Assembly (NCBI RefSeq): GCF_016433145.1
Contig: NC_058135.1
Location: 277,017,566 to 277,081,565, forward strand
Length of the DNA stretch: 64,000 bases
DNA from: Gracilinanus agilis
Taxonomy: Eukaryota
Direction: 5' to 3'
Shown here piece after piece: positions 1-12,779 of this stretch. A program made the position numbers and the translations under genes. Within the stretch, counting starts at the first letter, position 1, and each line of letters begins with the position of its first letter. The notes under the pieces are model-generated. The model ran no database searches. It was not told where the DNA came from and saw nothing but the letters and a program-made list of their open reading frames with translations.

Positions 1-633
1 TTCTTCATTGCCCTTGTCCATGTAGAAATATTTATTTTGGCTGTGATGGCTTTTGATCGCTACATGGCAATTGGTAACCCTTTGCTTTATGGCAGTAAGA
101 TGTCAAGAACTGTCTGCCTTCGACTGATCTCTTTCCCATATATATATGGTTTCCTCACTAGTTTGGCAGCAACACTGTGGACTTATGGGTTGTATTTCTG
201 TGGCAATGTTGAAATCAACCACTTCTATTGTGCTGACCCTCCACTTATCAAAATGGCTTGTGCTGGAACATATGTAAAGGAGTATACAATGATCATTCTC
301 GCTGGTATAAATTTCACATACTCCTTATCTGTTGTAATTATTTCTTACCTGTTTATTCTCATTGCTATCCTTAGAATGCGTTCTGCAGAAGGAAGAAGGA
401 AAGCGTTCTCTACTTGTGGATCCCATCTGACAGCAGTAGTTATATTTTATGGGACACTCATCTTCATGTATCTCAGGCGTCCCACTGAGGAGTCAGTAGA
501 GCAGGGGAAAATGGTGGCTGTATTCTATACCACAGTAATTCCCATGCTGAATCCCATGATCTATAGCCTGAGAAACAAAGATGTGAAAGAAGCCATGATA
601 AGATTGATTGGCAAAACATGTTCAATCAAATAA
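1..633 (+). CDS. OR5M3: Olfactory receptor, OR5M3-like, 3' part only (5' end lies outside the window)
   Basis: The frame is open from base 1 ([21 protein letters not shown]...) with OR motifs [23 protein letters not shown] and [15 protein letters not shown]. Stop TAA is at 631-633. The track's start at 37 is a TTG artefact. The symbol comes from recalled similarity to human OR5M3. Confidence 0.93.
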   Translation, partial: FFIALVHVEIFILAVMAFDRYMAIGNPLLYGSKMSRTVCLRLISFPYIYGFLTSLAATLWTYGLYFCGNVEINHFYCADPPLIKMACAGTYVKEYTMIILAGINFTYSLSVVIISYLFILIAILRMRSAEGRRKAFSTCGSHLTAVVIFYGTLIFMYLRRPTEESVEQGKMVAVFYTTVIPMLNPMIYSLRNKDVKEAMIRLIGKTCSIK

Positions 634-1493
634 AAATATTCTCTATCCTTCTAAGTCCTGTGAATATTTGAGCTTCTGTGGGGATTGTGTTTAAATGTCA
701 AAATGAATCACCATGATTCGCTAGATTTTTGTTCCACCATTTTGATGGGGTAAGAGAAGAAACAATGAGACATTCATCCTCTTAAGCTCCAGAGAAGGCA
801 TCTATAATAACTATCAATTTTCTCCGTGAATGGAACTATTGAAGCACATTAATACTATAATGAAAAAAATACTACACTGACATATCTGTTGTGAAGTTAC
901 TAACTTCTTCAAGTCTAGTAAAAAAAAAACATTTATTAAGCACCAACTCTATGCCAGGCATTGCACTCAACAATAAAAATATGCAGAAATACCAAAAAAA
1001 ATCAAACAAACCACAAAACAAAATCAGAAGTCCCCACCCTTAATGAGCTAGCTATCTAATGGAAAGACATTTAAATAATTCTGTACAAATTATTTTTGGA
1101 CATGTACATATGACAAATTGTACATAATCACAGAGGGAATTCACTAATATTAAAGGGAATCAGAAAAGACTTTCTGTACAATTTGGGGTTTTAACTGGCA
1201 CCTGAAAGAAACCTTTAGTTGGAGATGAGGAGAAAGACAGAGCATGACAAACATGGGGAATTATTAATGATAATCGCTCAAATTAGGAGATGGAGTTTCT
1301 TGTGTAATGAATAGAAGAGACACAAGTGTTGTTGTATGTATGTAGAAGGGAAAATGGTTTGAGAAGACTAGAGGAATAGAAAGGGTTCAGGCAATATGGG
1401 GATTTTAGAGTAAAATATGTTTTTAGATTTCATTTTGAGGGTAAGAAGAAGCAATGGAAATTTGAAAAAGTGTTTTTCTTTTCTTTAAAAAAG
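1..1493 (+). repeat. Segmental duplicate of 7630-9084 (OR5M3-like CDS plus about 850 bp of 3' flank)
   Basis: By hand count there are 34 nucleotide differences over the 633 shared coding nt. The 3' flanks align up to ...tttctttaaaaaag (1493 / 9084). Confidence 0.95.
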
Positions 1494-2029
1494 GTTATAT
1501 AGGCAGTTTTCAGATAAAGAAATCAAACTATCAATAAGCTCAAGAAAAACTATTCTAACTCTCTTATAATTAGACAAATGCAAATCTAAACAATTCTGAG
1601 ATACCACCTCACACCTAGCAGATTGATTAATATGATAGCAAAAGAAAGTGATAAATGTTGGAGGGGCTGTGGCAAAATTGGGACAAGAATGTATTGCTGG
1701 TGGAGTTGTAAATTGATCCAACCATTCTGGAAGGCAATTTGGAATTATTCACAAAGGACTTTAAAGACAGCCTGTCCTTTGGTTCAACCATACCACTGCT
1801 GGGTTTGTACCCCAAAGAGATAATAGGGAAAAATGGGTACAAAAATATTCATAGATGCTTTCTTTGTGTTGGCAAAAAACTGGAAAATAGGTACGTCCAT
1901 TAATTGGGGAATGGCTGAACAAACTGTGGTATCTGATGGTGATGGAATACTATTGTGCTTAAAGGAAAAATAAACTGGAGGAATTCCATGTGAACTGGAA
2001 AGGCCTCCAGGAACTGATGCAGAGTGAAA
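1491..2029 (+). mobile_element. L1 fragment (ORF2 C-terminus into 3' region), no poly(A)
   Basis: Matches the L1 copies at 36390-36930 and 50880-51420 (ctgagataccacctcacacctagcaga; CWRGCGKIGT...CWW zinc-knuckle remnant). It ends at gcagagtgaa. Confidence 0.9.
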
Positions 2030-4599
2030 CAAATGACAAAAGATATTTCTTAATTTTTCCATTAGTGATTATTCTCAATTCATTAAATGTATTCTATGAG
2101 TCAGTATAATATAGTAGATAACAAACCAGCTTTGAAGTCAGAAATGTTGAGTTCTATTCTTGCCTCTGACACCTGTTCTCTGTAAAACTATAGGTATACT
2201 ATATAGTCTCTCAAAGTTCCAGACAATTCTCTAGTACTCTAAGTGGGAGAGTTGTGATTCATCCTCAATTGTAGAAATTCTTTGCACATAGAGAGGTCTC
2301 TATAACAATAAAAATTGCAAGTCTCATAACCATTATTTTATACTTACTTCTCTGTTCTCCTGGTGAACACTCTAACCATAGCTTTACGCAAGTTACTTGA
2401 AGAAGGAAGCTTATTTGGCTTTCTTTTTTGAATCTCATACATAACAAAAAGCACAGTGACTGGTACATAATAGAAACAATGCACATTAAACTGAATGGGG
2501 ATTAATTCAATCACTAATAACTTTTTGGTAAATCTATTGGAATGAAAAAGATAAATATAAATAGATATGAATGCTTGCTTTAAAAAATTTCATTTTTATA
2601 TGCTTTCATTGATTTTTCCCATAGTTAGTTTGGGACAAGGAAGTCATAATTCCTGGGAGGAGCTAACCAGATAGGGAAGCATTGAAGGTGAGAAGGAAAA
2701 CGATCATCACTTCCTTACTTTAGGATTCATTCTGATTAAATGATTTTTAAAGAAAGCTTTCAGGTGTATTTGGAAATAGAAGATTCCCAAGATCTCTAAA
2801 AGAAAATAATTTTTATATTTTTCTATATTTGTTGTAGTCTTAGAAGGCTCCTAACATAATTCAGTTTCCAATATGAAGTATATTCACAGGCACAATTGGG
2901 GGGGGGAAGTAAATAAATAATTAATGGTTGGGTTTCACTTAGAGAACATTTCACTTTTGGGAAAAATTGTATTATAGTAATCATGCCACATACATGTTTA
3001 ATTTTATTTCAGTTGAAGTTACTCCAAATAAAAATCTAAAATGAGATTACTTGATAACTGTTTCTTCTATTACTATTTCCTTTATAAGGACATGGGAGGC
3101 AGATCAGTGAGGGGATCATTGTAAATGAGTTCATCATGGCTGAAAGAGGTGAGATGACTTTTCTGACATGGAAAATATCTGAGACACAAGTCCCAAAAGA
3201 TTGGGTCCATATGGTGAACAATGAGACTTCTCATTAATGAAGTATCAACTAACCATTTGTTTAGAAAAATAGCCAATTATTATTCTATGAGCCTCTTGAA
3301 AATTCCATCAGTACACCTTAGGCTTCTTTTTCAAGTTGCACATCCCATAGGGATAGCTGAAATCGTACTCTGTAACCCACTATTTCTACCTCCAACTCAA
3401 GGTTCCTTCTCTTCCCTTAAAAAAAAAAAACAAAAAAAAACAACATATCCAAGATATTTCAGGATATAGTCAATATCCAGGGCATCAATGATTGTTTAAA
3501 AGGATCATCAGAAGACAGACATGAAGGAGACTGAGAAGAGGAGTATAATATAAAATATAATTAAAGTATAATTTACAGCAAAATTAAAATAGCTATTTTC
3601 AGTCAAAATATAAACCATTCTGTAAAAGTACCAAGTCTCTATCACATCATTCTCAAGCCTCCATCTTCAAAAATCATAGATTTGAATCAAATGCAGATAA
3701 GGAAACTAAAGTTAAGCCGTCTCTTATCCTTTACATTCACTTTGCTTCTCATTTTTTCTGCTCATTATCATTGTATTCCTTGAAGGATAATTTACCGTAG
3801 CCAGAAAATGATTTTTAAATAATTGACACAGTAGCATTATAATAGTTTTCCATATTTCCCACTCACACTCTTCCAAGCTTTTCGTCTCCATAACTCAGGT
3901 AGCACATTTGAAGGATTTATCTATATTTATCTTTCCTTCATCTTCCCATTTCATTTCTTTTAGGCACCAGATATACTATTTCAAGTGAATTCACTGCTTT
4001 TGTCCATTCCCCTTACTCTATGAGTCCAAGGATTGTAGGTTCGTCTCTTGACCATATACTCAAGTGGTCATGTTTTTGACCTGTCAATGAGGGACACAGG
4101 TAGGAATTTCATGGTCCTATGATGGCAGCAAAATGGAAAAGAGGGCTTTTTCTATGAGAGGAAGATGAGAAAGGGTTTCACTGATCATAATTATAATTAA
4201 AAGCAGAAGGGTTTGTAAGAAATATAGACCCATTCAAAGAAATCTAAGTAATTTTTAGACACATTGGCTAATAGATTTAGAGTTTAAAGGTATTTTAGAA
4301 AAAAAAATATGGGTATAGAAGTAAGTTAACCCGAACAAACATTACACATTAGTGACTAAGCAGAATCTAGATTCAAAAGAACTTTTCTGGCTGCAGTCAG
4401 TTTTTCTTCTACTATTTTGCAGTTGCCTAATTCTGGTTAATCTGCTGCTTTTCTTTATTAAAGTCTTTTTTAACTTTTGCAATCTACATTTAAAAGTTCC
4501 ACCTAGTTCTAGAATCCTGTGTTCCAAGATCCTCCCAGCTCTGAAAAGCTTTCATCTATGAATTGGTGAGGTAAATCAATGGCATTTTTCCTCAACTAA

Positions 4600-4937
4600 A
4601 ATGCTGGCAGCCAATTGCACACTCCCAGGACACACAAATCCTAATTACCACTTGCACAAGGAGGAAAACATCTAAACTCCTTTAAAATTCTCATTAAAAA
4701 AAAACAAACAAAACTACCAAAACAACTATGAATTAAGTGGTAATCTTTTCCTCAAGGATTTCTCAGGAAGAGATATTTTAATTATCTTTCCTAGCTCTCC
4801 TGGAGAAATGCTTCAGGGAGAAGTCTTAATTTGGGCCCCTCCTCCTTTCTCATTTGTAAATACTTCCAAATGCTATAATTGTCACATATATTACTTGCAT
4901 GAAATTATTGCAAATATCAAACTTCACATAGGTAAGT
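4600..4937 (+). promoter_or_regulatory. Candidate promoter and non-coding exon 1 of the OR at 7330, ending in a splice donor
   Basis: Homeodomain-type CTAATTA at 4641-4647; several O/E(EBF)-like sites (TCCTCAAGGA 4749-4758, TCTCCTGGAGA 4796-4806, CTTCAGGGAGA 4811-4821); strong donor TAG|GTAAGT at 4931/4932. Motif-only inference. Confidence 0.45.
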
Positions 4938-6799
4938 TTGAAGGTTCCTGCTTAGAAATTCAGCATCATATTTGCATCTCTTTCTCTACACTGAAATTGA
5001 TTCATTCGACATTGATATATTTGGTGCTTTCTTCACATTACAGTTTTTGGAAGCTTAGTCTGGAATGGATCTTAGAGATCACTCAGTTTTATTTTTCAAT
5101 TGAAAAAGTGGTACCAGAGAATGATGTTGAGTTATAGAAGGAAGAACTCTAGATGTGAGTAAGAGGATCTATGAATTAGTACTGGATCTCTATCGTACAG
5201 TTGAAAAGAACACTGGGACTAGAGTCAGAGAATTTTATGCTGACAGTTAGGTTTGGAATCCATATGGATCCCACATAGGCTGACTCAAGCATCCATTGTT
5301 CTTAGGACTATTTGTCAATTAGTGTTGAGGGGAGGAATCATTCAGTGCAACTTTCTGTTCCCTCTTATTTGTCATTTAGTCAAGTCACCCTCTACCTGTT
5401 TGCATTTGGAAATTGCCATATGTTTCCTACATTGGGGAGGAACTGAGGTGCAAAGGCTCAATCTCTTTTACTGATATAAATGTATTCCAAATTTCTTTAT
5501 GAAAGTTACCGAAAAAAGCTGACCACATTTCCAATACATTGCTGATGTTCAGTGATCAACAGTGATTAATCAACAATGTGTTGCTACCTGGACATATTTA
5601 CAATAAACTCATTTTAGTTTTTGTTCTGAATCTGGCTCATTAATCAAGATGAAAATCCAAAGAATTGGTGTTTAAATATTGGCTTCACATCCAATTTCTG
5701 CCATTTACTATTTATGTGACTTGACAAAAGATACAATCTCTCTAGACATCAGTTCCCTCATTTGTAAAATGAAGAATTTGGATTAAATAAACTTTGTGAT
5801 TCCTTCCATCTCTAGATCTACTGTCTTCTGATCCTAATACTAGACTTCAAATCTTAGCTCTCCCTTTTGCTAAATGTGTGAGGTTAGGCAAATTTTAAAA
5901 CCTCTCTGGGTGAATAATCTGAAAAATAAAAAGTTTTGATTAATGATCTTTAGGCTATTTAAGTAATTCCCAAGGTTCCTGTGGGGGTCAAGTTATATAT
6001 AGAAAGGAATTTGTGCTAAAAATTGAACAGTATAATATATATATATTTGCTTTCCTTCTAATGACTTTTAGAAACTGTTAAAAATATAAAATCAACAGAC
6101 AACAATAATACCAATAATTTGAAGCTTTAGTCATGGAATTCAAACTCTACTAGAAAACAAAGTGTGGGTAAGTAATATGCTATTTAATTGTTCTAAGCCT
6201 CTCTGTCTTAATTTGTTAATGAAATGGACTATATGATTTCTGAAGGTGCTTTCAGCTGGAAATCTCATTTGAAACCTAGAAAACTGAGGTTTATTGACTC
6301 TTAATCCATTATACTTTCCCTTCTATCATGTTCTTCTCTGGATGGTTGTTGGTATCTGTGAGATCAAGAGGGAATGTGCTTCTCTAGATGTTAGAGACAT
6401 AGTGTTCCTAGGTATACTCAACTTTAGTTTTAATCTTGATAGTGTGTCTAATTTTGTTTGCTAAATTTAAGTGCTATACTCATTCCTACCTCTGCTATAA
6501 TAATCATGATTTAAGATAACTTTTAAAACAATAGAAGAATTAAACTTGGGAAAAGTTATGTATGTATATATCATCTTGCTCAAATTTTTTAATGTTGACA
6601 AATTATTAGTGGAAAGTGTCAAGTTATCCTTGTGACACCAACAACCATTTCTCATGAAATTCACTATATGTTTCCAGAACATTTGTCTGATTCTGATGAT
6701 TTTTTCTACTCTATTTCAATTCCTTACAGTGGATGACTTGTCAGCTATCTAACGTTCACCTCCAGTACACTGAAGAGTCATGAGTTTGTTTGTTTCCTA

Positions 6800-7055
6800 A
6801 TCTTTTTTATATGGCTTGTTGTTGTGTCTGATTCTGTGTGACCCCTTTTTTGGTGGTGGTGGTTTCCTGATACATATACTAGAGTGGTCTACCACTTCCT
6901 TCTTCAATTCATTTTATGGATGTGGAAATTGAGGCGAACAGGGTTAAATGATTTGCCCAGGCTCAAAAAGCTAGTAAGTGTCTGAAATCAGATTTTAAAT
7001 TCAGGAAGATGAGCCTTCCCAATCTCAATCTAAAACTCTATCTACTATGCACTTT
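6800..7055 (-). mobile_element. MAR1/MIR-type CORE-SINE
   Basis: CORE sequence gaaattgaggc...gggttaaatgatttgcccagg...agctagtaagtgtctga with an RTE-like tail. Confidence 0.7.
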
Positions 7056-7267
7056 AAGTTCCATCTTCCTTATTCCTCTATTCTGTCCTCAAAGGACATT
7101 ACCCATGGTTAAAAAGCTAGTACCTATGTGAGGTTGGATTAAGCTAGTAGGTGTGTGAAGTTTAATGTGCACTCAAAAAACTAAGTCTTCCTGACACCAG
7201 GCCCAGATGAAGCAATATTTAGGAAAATATAAATGAAAATTGAAATAATGATGCATATATTTATCAA

Positions 7268-7285
7268 CTGTCTTTTTCTCATTAG
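7268..7285 (+). promoter_or_regulatory. Splice acceptor of the OR coding exon
   Basis: ctgtctttttctcattag|, 44 nt before the ATG, which is typical OR gene structure. Confidence 0.7.
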
Positions 7286-7329
7286 GCAACAGAAAGAAGC
7301 ATATCTGTATCAAGGCCAGATTTGAGAAA

Positions 7330-8262
7330 ATGCTCAATTTCACTGATGTGACAGAATTTATTCTTCTTGGACTAACAAGTCGCAGGGAATTACAAGTTAT
7401 CTTCTTTGTCATCTTTCTAATGGTTTATATAATCACCATTGTTGGAAATATTGGCATGATTATACTAATCAAAATCAGTCCCCAGCTCAGCAGTCCCATG
7501 TACTTTTTCCTCAGTCACCTCTCTTTTGTGGATGTATTGTTCTCCACCAATGTTACCCCCAAAATGCTAGAAAATTTGATATCAGAAACTAAAACTATTT
7601 CCTATGCCAATTGTTTAGTTCAGTGCTTTTTCTTCATTGCCCTTGTCCATGTAGAAATATTTATTTTGGCTGCAATGGCCTTTGATCGCTACATGGCAAT
7701 TGGTAACCCTTTGCTTTATGGCAGTAAGATGTCAAGAACTGTCTGCATTCGATTGATCGCTTTCCCATATATATATGGTTTCCTCACTAGTTTGGCAGCA
7801 ACACTGTGGACTTATGGGTTGTATTTCTGTGGCAATATTAAAATCAACCATTTCTACTGTGCTGACCCTCCACTTATCAAAATGGCTTGTGCTGGAACAT
7901 ATGCAAAGGAATATACAATGCTCTTTCTTGCTGGTATAAATTTCACATATTCTTTATCTGTTGTAATTATTTCTTATCTGTTTATTCTCATTGCTATCCT
8001 CAGAATGCATTCTTCAGAAGGAAGGAAGAAAGCATTCTCTACTTGTGGATCCCATCTGACAGCAGTAGTTATATTTTATGGGACACTCATCTTCATGTAT
8101 CTCAGGCGTCCCACTGAGGAGTCAGTGGAGCAGGGGAAAATTGGGGCTGTGTTTTATACCACAGTAATTCCCATGCTGAATCCCATGATCTATAGCCTGA
8201 GAAACAAAGATGTGAAAGAAGCCATGATAAGATTGATAAACAAAATATGTTCAGTCAAATAA
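7330..8262 (+). CDS. OR5M3: Olfactory receptor, OR5M3-like, intact, 310 aa
   Basis: Single-exon ORF with N-glycosylation sequon NFT and motifs [29 protein letters not shown] and [12 protein letters not shown]. Confidence 0.96.
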   Translation: MLNFTDVTEFILLGLTSRRELQVIFFVIFLMVYIITIVGNIGMIILIKISPQLSSPMYFFLSHLSFVDVLFSTNVTPKMLENLISETKTISYANCLVQCFFFIALVHVEIFILAAMAFDRYMAIGNPLLYGSKMSRTVCIRLIAFPYIYGFLTSLAATLWTYGLYFCGNIKINHFYCADPPLIKMACAGTYAKEYTMLFLAGINFTYSLSVVIISYLFILIAILRMHSSEGRKKAFSTCGSHLTAVVIFYGTLIFMYLRRPTEESVEQGKIGAVFYTTVIPMLNPMIYSLRNKDVKEAMIRLINKICSVK

Positions 8263-11200
8263 AACAAATTCTCTATCCTTCTAAGTCCTGTGAATATTTG
8301 AGCTTCTGTGGGGATTGTGTTTATATGTGGCAATGAATCACCATGATTCACTAGATTTTTTGTTCCATCATTTTGATGGGGTAAGAGAAGAAACAATGAG
8401 ACATTCATCCTCTTAAGCTCCAGAGAAGACATCTATAATAACTATCAATTATCTCCATGAATGGAACTATTGAAGCACATTAATACTGTAATGAAAAAGT
8501 ACTACACAGACATATCTGTTGTGAAGTTACTAACCTCTTCAAGTCTAGTCAAAAAACATTTATTAAGTACCAACACTGTGCCAGGCATTACATTCAACAA
8601 TAAAAGTACACCTAAAAGGCAAAAAGTACCACAGGAATTCCCCATTCTTAAGGAGCCAGAAGTCTAATGGAAAGATAACATCTAAAGAACTTTTTTACAA
8701 ATTCTTTATGGGTATATGTGTATGACAAATTGTTCATAATCACAGAGGGACTTGATTAGTATTAAAGGAGATCAGAAAGACATTTTGTACAATGTGGGGT
8801 TTTAACTGGCATCTGAAAGAAATCAGGAATTGGAGATGAGGAGAGGGGAAGCGTTTCAAACATGGGGAATGATCAATGATAATCTCTCAAATCAAGAGAT
8901 GGAATTTCTTGTGTAATGAATAGAAAAGACACAAGTGTTATTGTATATATGTGGAGGGGGAAATGGTTTGGGAAGACTAGAAGAGTAGAACAAGAAGAGC
9001 AAAATAAATGATTTTAAATTTCATTTGGAGGGTAATAGGAAGCTATGGAAGTTCAAAAATGTGTTTTTCTTTTCTTTAAAAAAGATCATTATATTATATC
9101 ATATTAATTTTTAGGAATGTTCAACCTCCATCTCTTTAAGAAATTCCCTTTTAACAAAGTTTTAAAAGGAAACTTAAGAAAGGTCAGTATTACTAGTCAA
9201 TACATCTACTACATCTGGAAGCATATATACCTTTTCATGCCCTTTGCTCACTTCCTTTGTAATTAAGATGGGAAAGTGTTCTTTATTCAACTCTTCTCCA
9301 TATCTAAGCTAAAAATCATTATAATTATAGAATACATACGTTTATTTTGTTGCTGTCACCTTTTTAATTGTTATAATCATTGTACAAATCAAATCTCAAA
9401 TGTGCATCTCAATTAAGAAATATTTCACAAAATAAATAAAAATAGAACAGAAGGTAGTTAATGTTAACATGTGATTTTCTCAGTCAATATGCATCCTACA
9501 GGAATATATAAATATGTTTCTTTTTCAGTGTGACATCATTGAGATATATTTTCTTTCCGGTTCTTAATTCACTAAACATCCTTTTATATAAGTCTTTTCA
9601 TATTTTCTTGTATTCATTAAATTCATCATTCATTATGGTATAGTAATATTTCATGTAATAGTGATTTGATTAGCCAACCTCCACCTATTGGACGCCTTAT
9701 TTCTTTTCAATTCTTTGCTCACAAAAAAGTGAATGACTGTTTTTTTTTTCCCTTTTGTTTTTTTTTCCTTCTAGAGTCTTGGTGAAATGCCATTTATCCA
9801 AATGATGTTATTCATGTTCCATGGGAGGGACCTTACTTCCTTTAATTATTCATTCATTCTTTATGTTAAACACTCTCTTCTCCCTCTTGTTCTCTTTAAA
9901 ATGCAAATGCTTTTAAAGGGCACTAGACTACTTTCAGACTGGGGTCTTGGACAAAAGAATTTAATTTTCCTGATTTTATGCTACTAGATCTAAGGAAAGT
10001 TTGGCAATACCCACCCTAACTCCTTCATAGAATTAGTTGACAAATAGAATGAGAATTAATGAATATAACTGTTTTATAGCAAACAAATACAAGGTGACAT
10101 TTGCTTGCTATGACCTTGGTCAAATTATAGAATTTCTTTAAACCTCAGTTTCCTAATTTACAAAATGAAAAGATGAGACTAGATGACCTCGGATATAATT
10201 CTATGGCATATGATCTGTAATCCATAATTTTTGACCTTTCAGTTTCTTTGTCTTTAAAATGGATATAATGTTTCATGGATTATCCATCCCCCAGCTTTTT
10301 GGAATTATTCCCTGGTCTAGGTTCTGGCTTTTTTACTTAAAATATAAGAAGCTCTTCTTCACAAATCATTGATAATTTTCCTGCTAGGTCTGATGTTGTT
10401 GCTATATATGTTTGTCATTCTATGTCTCTGGATTTTCTTTTCCTCTTTGTAATAAAAGAAAATTGCAGTAGACAATGGTCTCTTCTAGCTCTTAAATTAT
10501 ATGCTTCAATTATTCTTCATGTTTCCTTTTTTTTTTTCAGCCTAGAAAACTAGAGTAGCCTTTGACTAATTCATTAATTGTCTCAATAGGTTAAACGATA
10601 AATGAATCAACACTGATTATACTCAGGCTATGTGTAACCACTGAATTTACCAAAATGAGAATTAAAACATTTTTAACTTCATAAACTTTACATTTAGCTG
10701 GGAAATGTATACACATTAAAGTAGAATTTACAATGTATAACACATTTTATTCCAATGTTGGGTGAAAAGCTGACTGAGTTATATACTATTTCCCTTGATG
10801 ATCAAACAATATCTGCTTTCTTTGGTGCAAACCAAATCTCAAGGTATTAGGAGTCAAAATGTAAAACAAATAGGCCAAATGGAATGACAGGGTGGATTAA
10901 TATGAAACTTTTGAAAATCTAGGTCTAACAACTTTTCAGAGGTTATATCTTTGTAGTGGAAAAATATTTCATCAGAATATTAAGAGTCCTAGGATTATTA
11001 TGAAGGACAGTAAGCTGTTGCAGTGCAAGGAGCCTCCAGGGGCTTAGGAAAGTTCCAGGTGGAGCTAGTAATAGAGGAAGCATCATGCTGAAATCTATTG
11101 GAAGTCAAGAAAAAAGCTGGGATAAAGATGACAAATTTGCAAAATTTCCCATGCAGATAGAAGATTGATTTCTTAATTAAGGTTTATTTATTTGTTTGTT

Positions 11201-11905
11201 TGTTTGTTTATTTGTTTGTTTGGCATCGGTGTTGAATGTGAGTAATGAGCTGGACTCCAAAAGGGATCAGAAATAGGGAACTAATTTTTGGACTTTGGTA
11301 TATTTGGTATATATGGAAACAGGCTATTCCTGTTTCCATCCCACAACATCCTCTTTTAAAACAAACACTCTTATAGCACTGAAATATAATTTCAAGAAGT
11401 TGAAACTGTCTTTGAAAAATAAGGGGCAGATGTTAAGAATTAAGAATTAAGTTAATTAATTCCAAGACTATATGATCACTATATAATCAGTTCCAACTAT
11501 AAATTCTATGTTCTATTAATAGAGTGAAAAAGACAAATAAAGGAGGCAATATAGTGTACAGGAATGCATGTTGCATTTGAAATCTGAAGATCCGAGCTGA
11601 AATTTCAACTCTGCTATTTATTACCCTTGTGACATTTGTCAAGTCCATCAACTCTTATGGACCTTAGTTTCCTGATCAAAAAAAAAAAAAGAATGAAATG
11701 TGATTATATGACCTCTAATGTACCTGCCAACTCAAAAGATATAATCCTATGATCTAGAATTTTATAGATATTCAAACAGCATATACTCAAGAAATAAAAT
11801 TAGGTTATAGAATAGAAGATCTAGGATAAACTTCAGTTTCTGCCCCTTATTAGTTATTTAACATGAGGCAAGTCACTTAAGCAAACAAAACCATGAAAAC
11901 TCTTC

Positions 11906-12135
11906 TATTTTATTTTTATTTTTATTTTATTTCATTTTTATTTTGAGTATTCATGTTCTTTCCCTCTCCCCCAACCCCCCCTAACCCCCCTTAGCTGATG
12001 CACAATTCCACTGGGTTTTCCACATATCATTGATCAAAATCTAATTCCATATTATTGATAGTTGGACTACAGTTATTGTTTAGTGTCTGCATCCCCAATA
12101 ATATTCCCATCAGCCCGTGTGTTCAAGAAGTTGTT
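11906..12135 (-). mobile_element. 5'-truncated L1 3' end with 14-bp TSD
   Basis: CATGAAAACTCTTC at 11892-11905 and 12136-12149. T-rich tail on the left. The body is antisense to the L1 3'UTR seen at 37100-37330. Confidence 0.88.
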
Positions 12136-12574
12136 CATGAAAACTCTTCCAAACAATTACACATTTTGGATATGTGAACTACAGCCATTCTAATTCTGAT
12201 GTCTTGTGTTCTATGTCCAATGAACTAATGAAATGAAAGTATGTAGACAATGGTTTACATGGTACAAGAATGTTATAAGGGACCTGTTATTCCATGCACA
12301 TGTAAACTTTACTCACCATTGAACCATAGTCATTTATAAGTTAGTGTGTTATAAAACTGAGTAAAGCATAGAGAGAAAGTAACTATTCATTGATAATAAC
12401 ACTAATTAGTGTCAAAGGCAGGACTTGTAATAAGGTCTTCATGATTTTGAATCTAGTGCTCCATCTGCTATGATCCTCCACTTCATCAAACACACTGAAC
12501 TGAACAATTCAAGATCGTTAAATTTGTACTTCACAAAATTATATAACAGATTTTAAAATAATTAACTTTCATAT

Positions 12575-12690
12575 GCGCGTCAGCTTTGGGGGAGTGAAGG
12601 GGGGTGAAGGGGAAAGTAAAAACATCAATCATGTAACCATGGAAAATTTTTCTAAAAAAATTAAGAAAAAATTAAAAAAATAAAAAATAG
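12575..12690 (+). mobile_element. Extreme 3' tail of L1
   Basis: ggggtgaaggggaaagtaaaaacatcaatcatgtaaccatggaaaa followed by an A-rich tail; the same as the ends at 37270-37350 and 51750-51830. Confidence 0.85.
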
Positions 12691-12779
12691 TCAAAAAATA
12701 ATTGTTTCATTGGATATTATGAGACTGCATCTGATTGCTGTAAGTGAGGTTACATAATATTACATAATATGTCACTGCA

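Noticed and set aside
12750-12772. Direct repeat ttacataatattacataata upstream of the OR promoter
   Set aside because: Short AT-rich duplication that I could not find in the paralogous promoter; no support for function.
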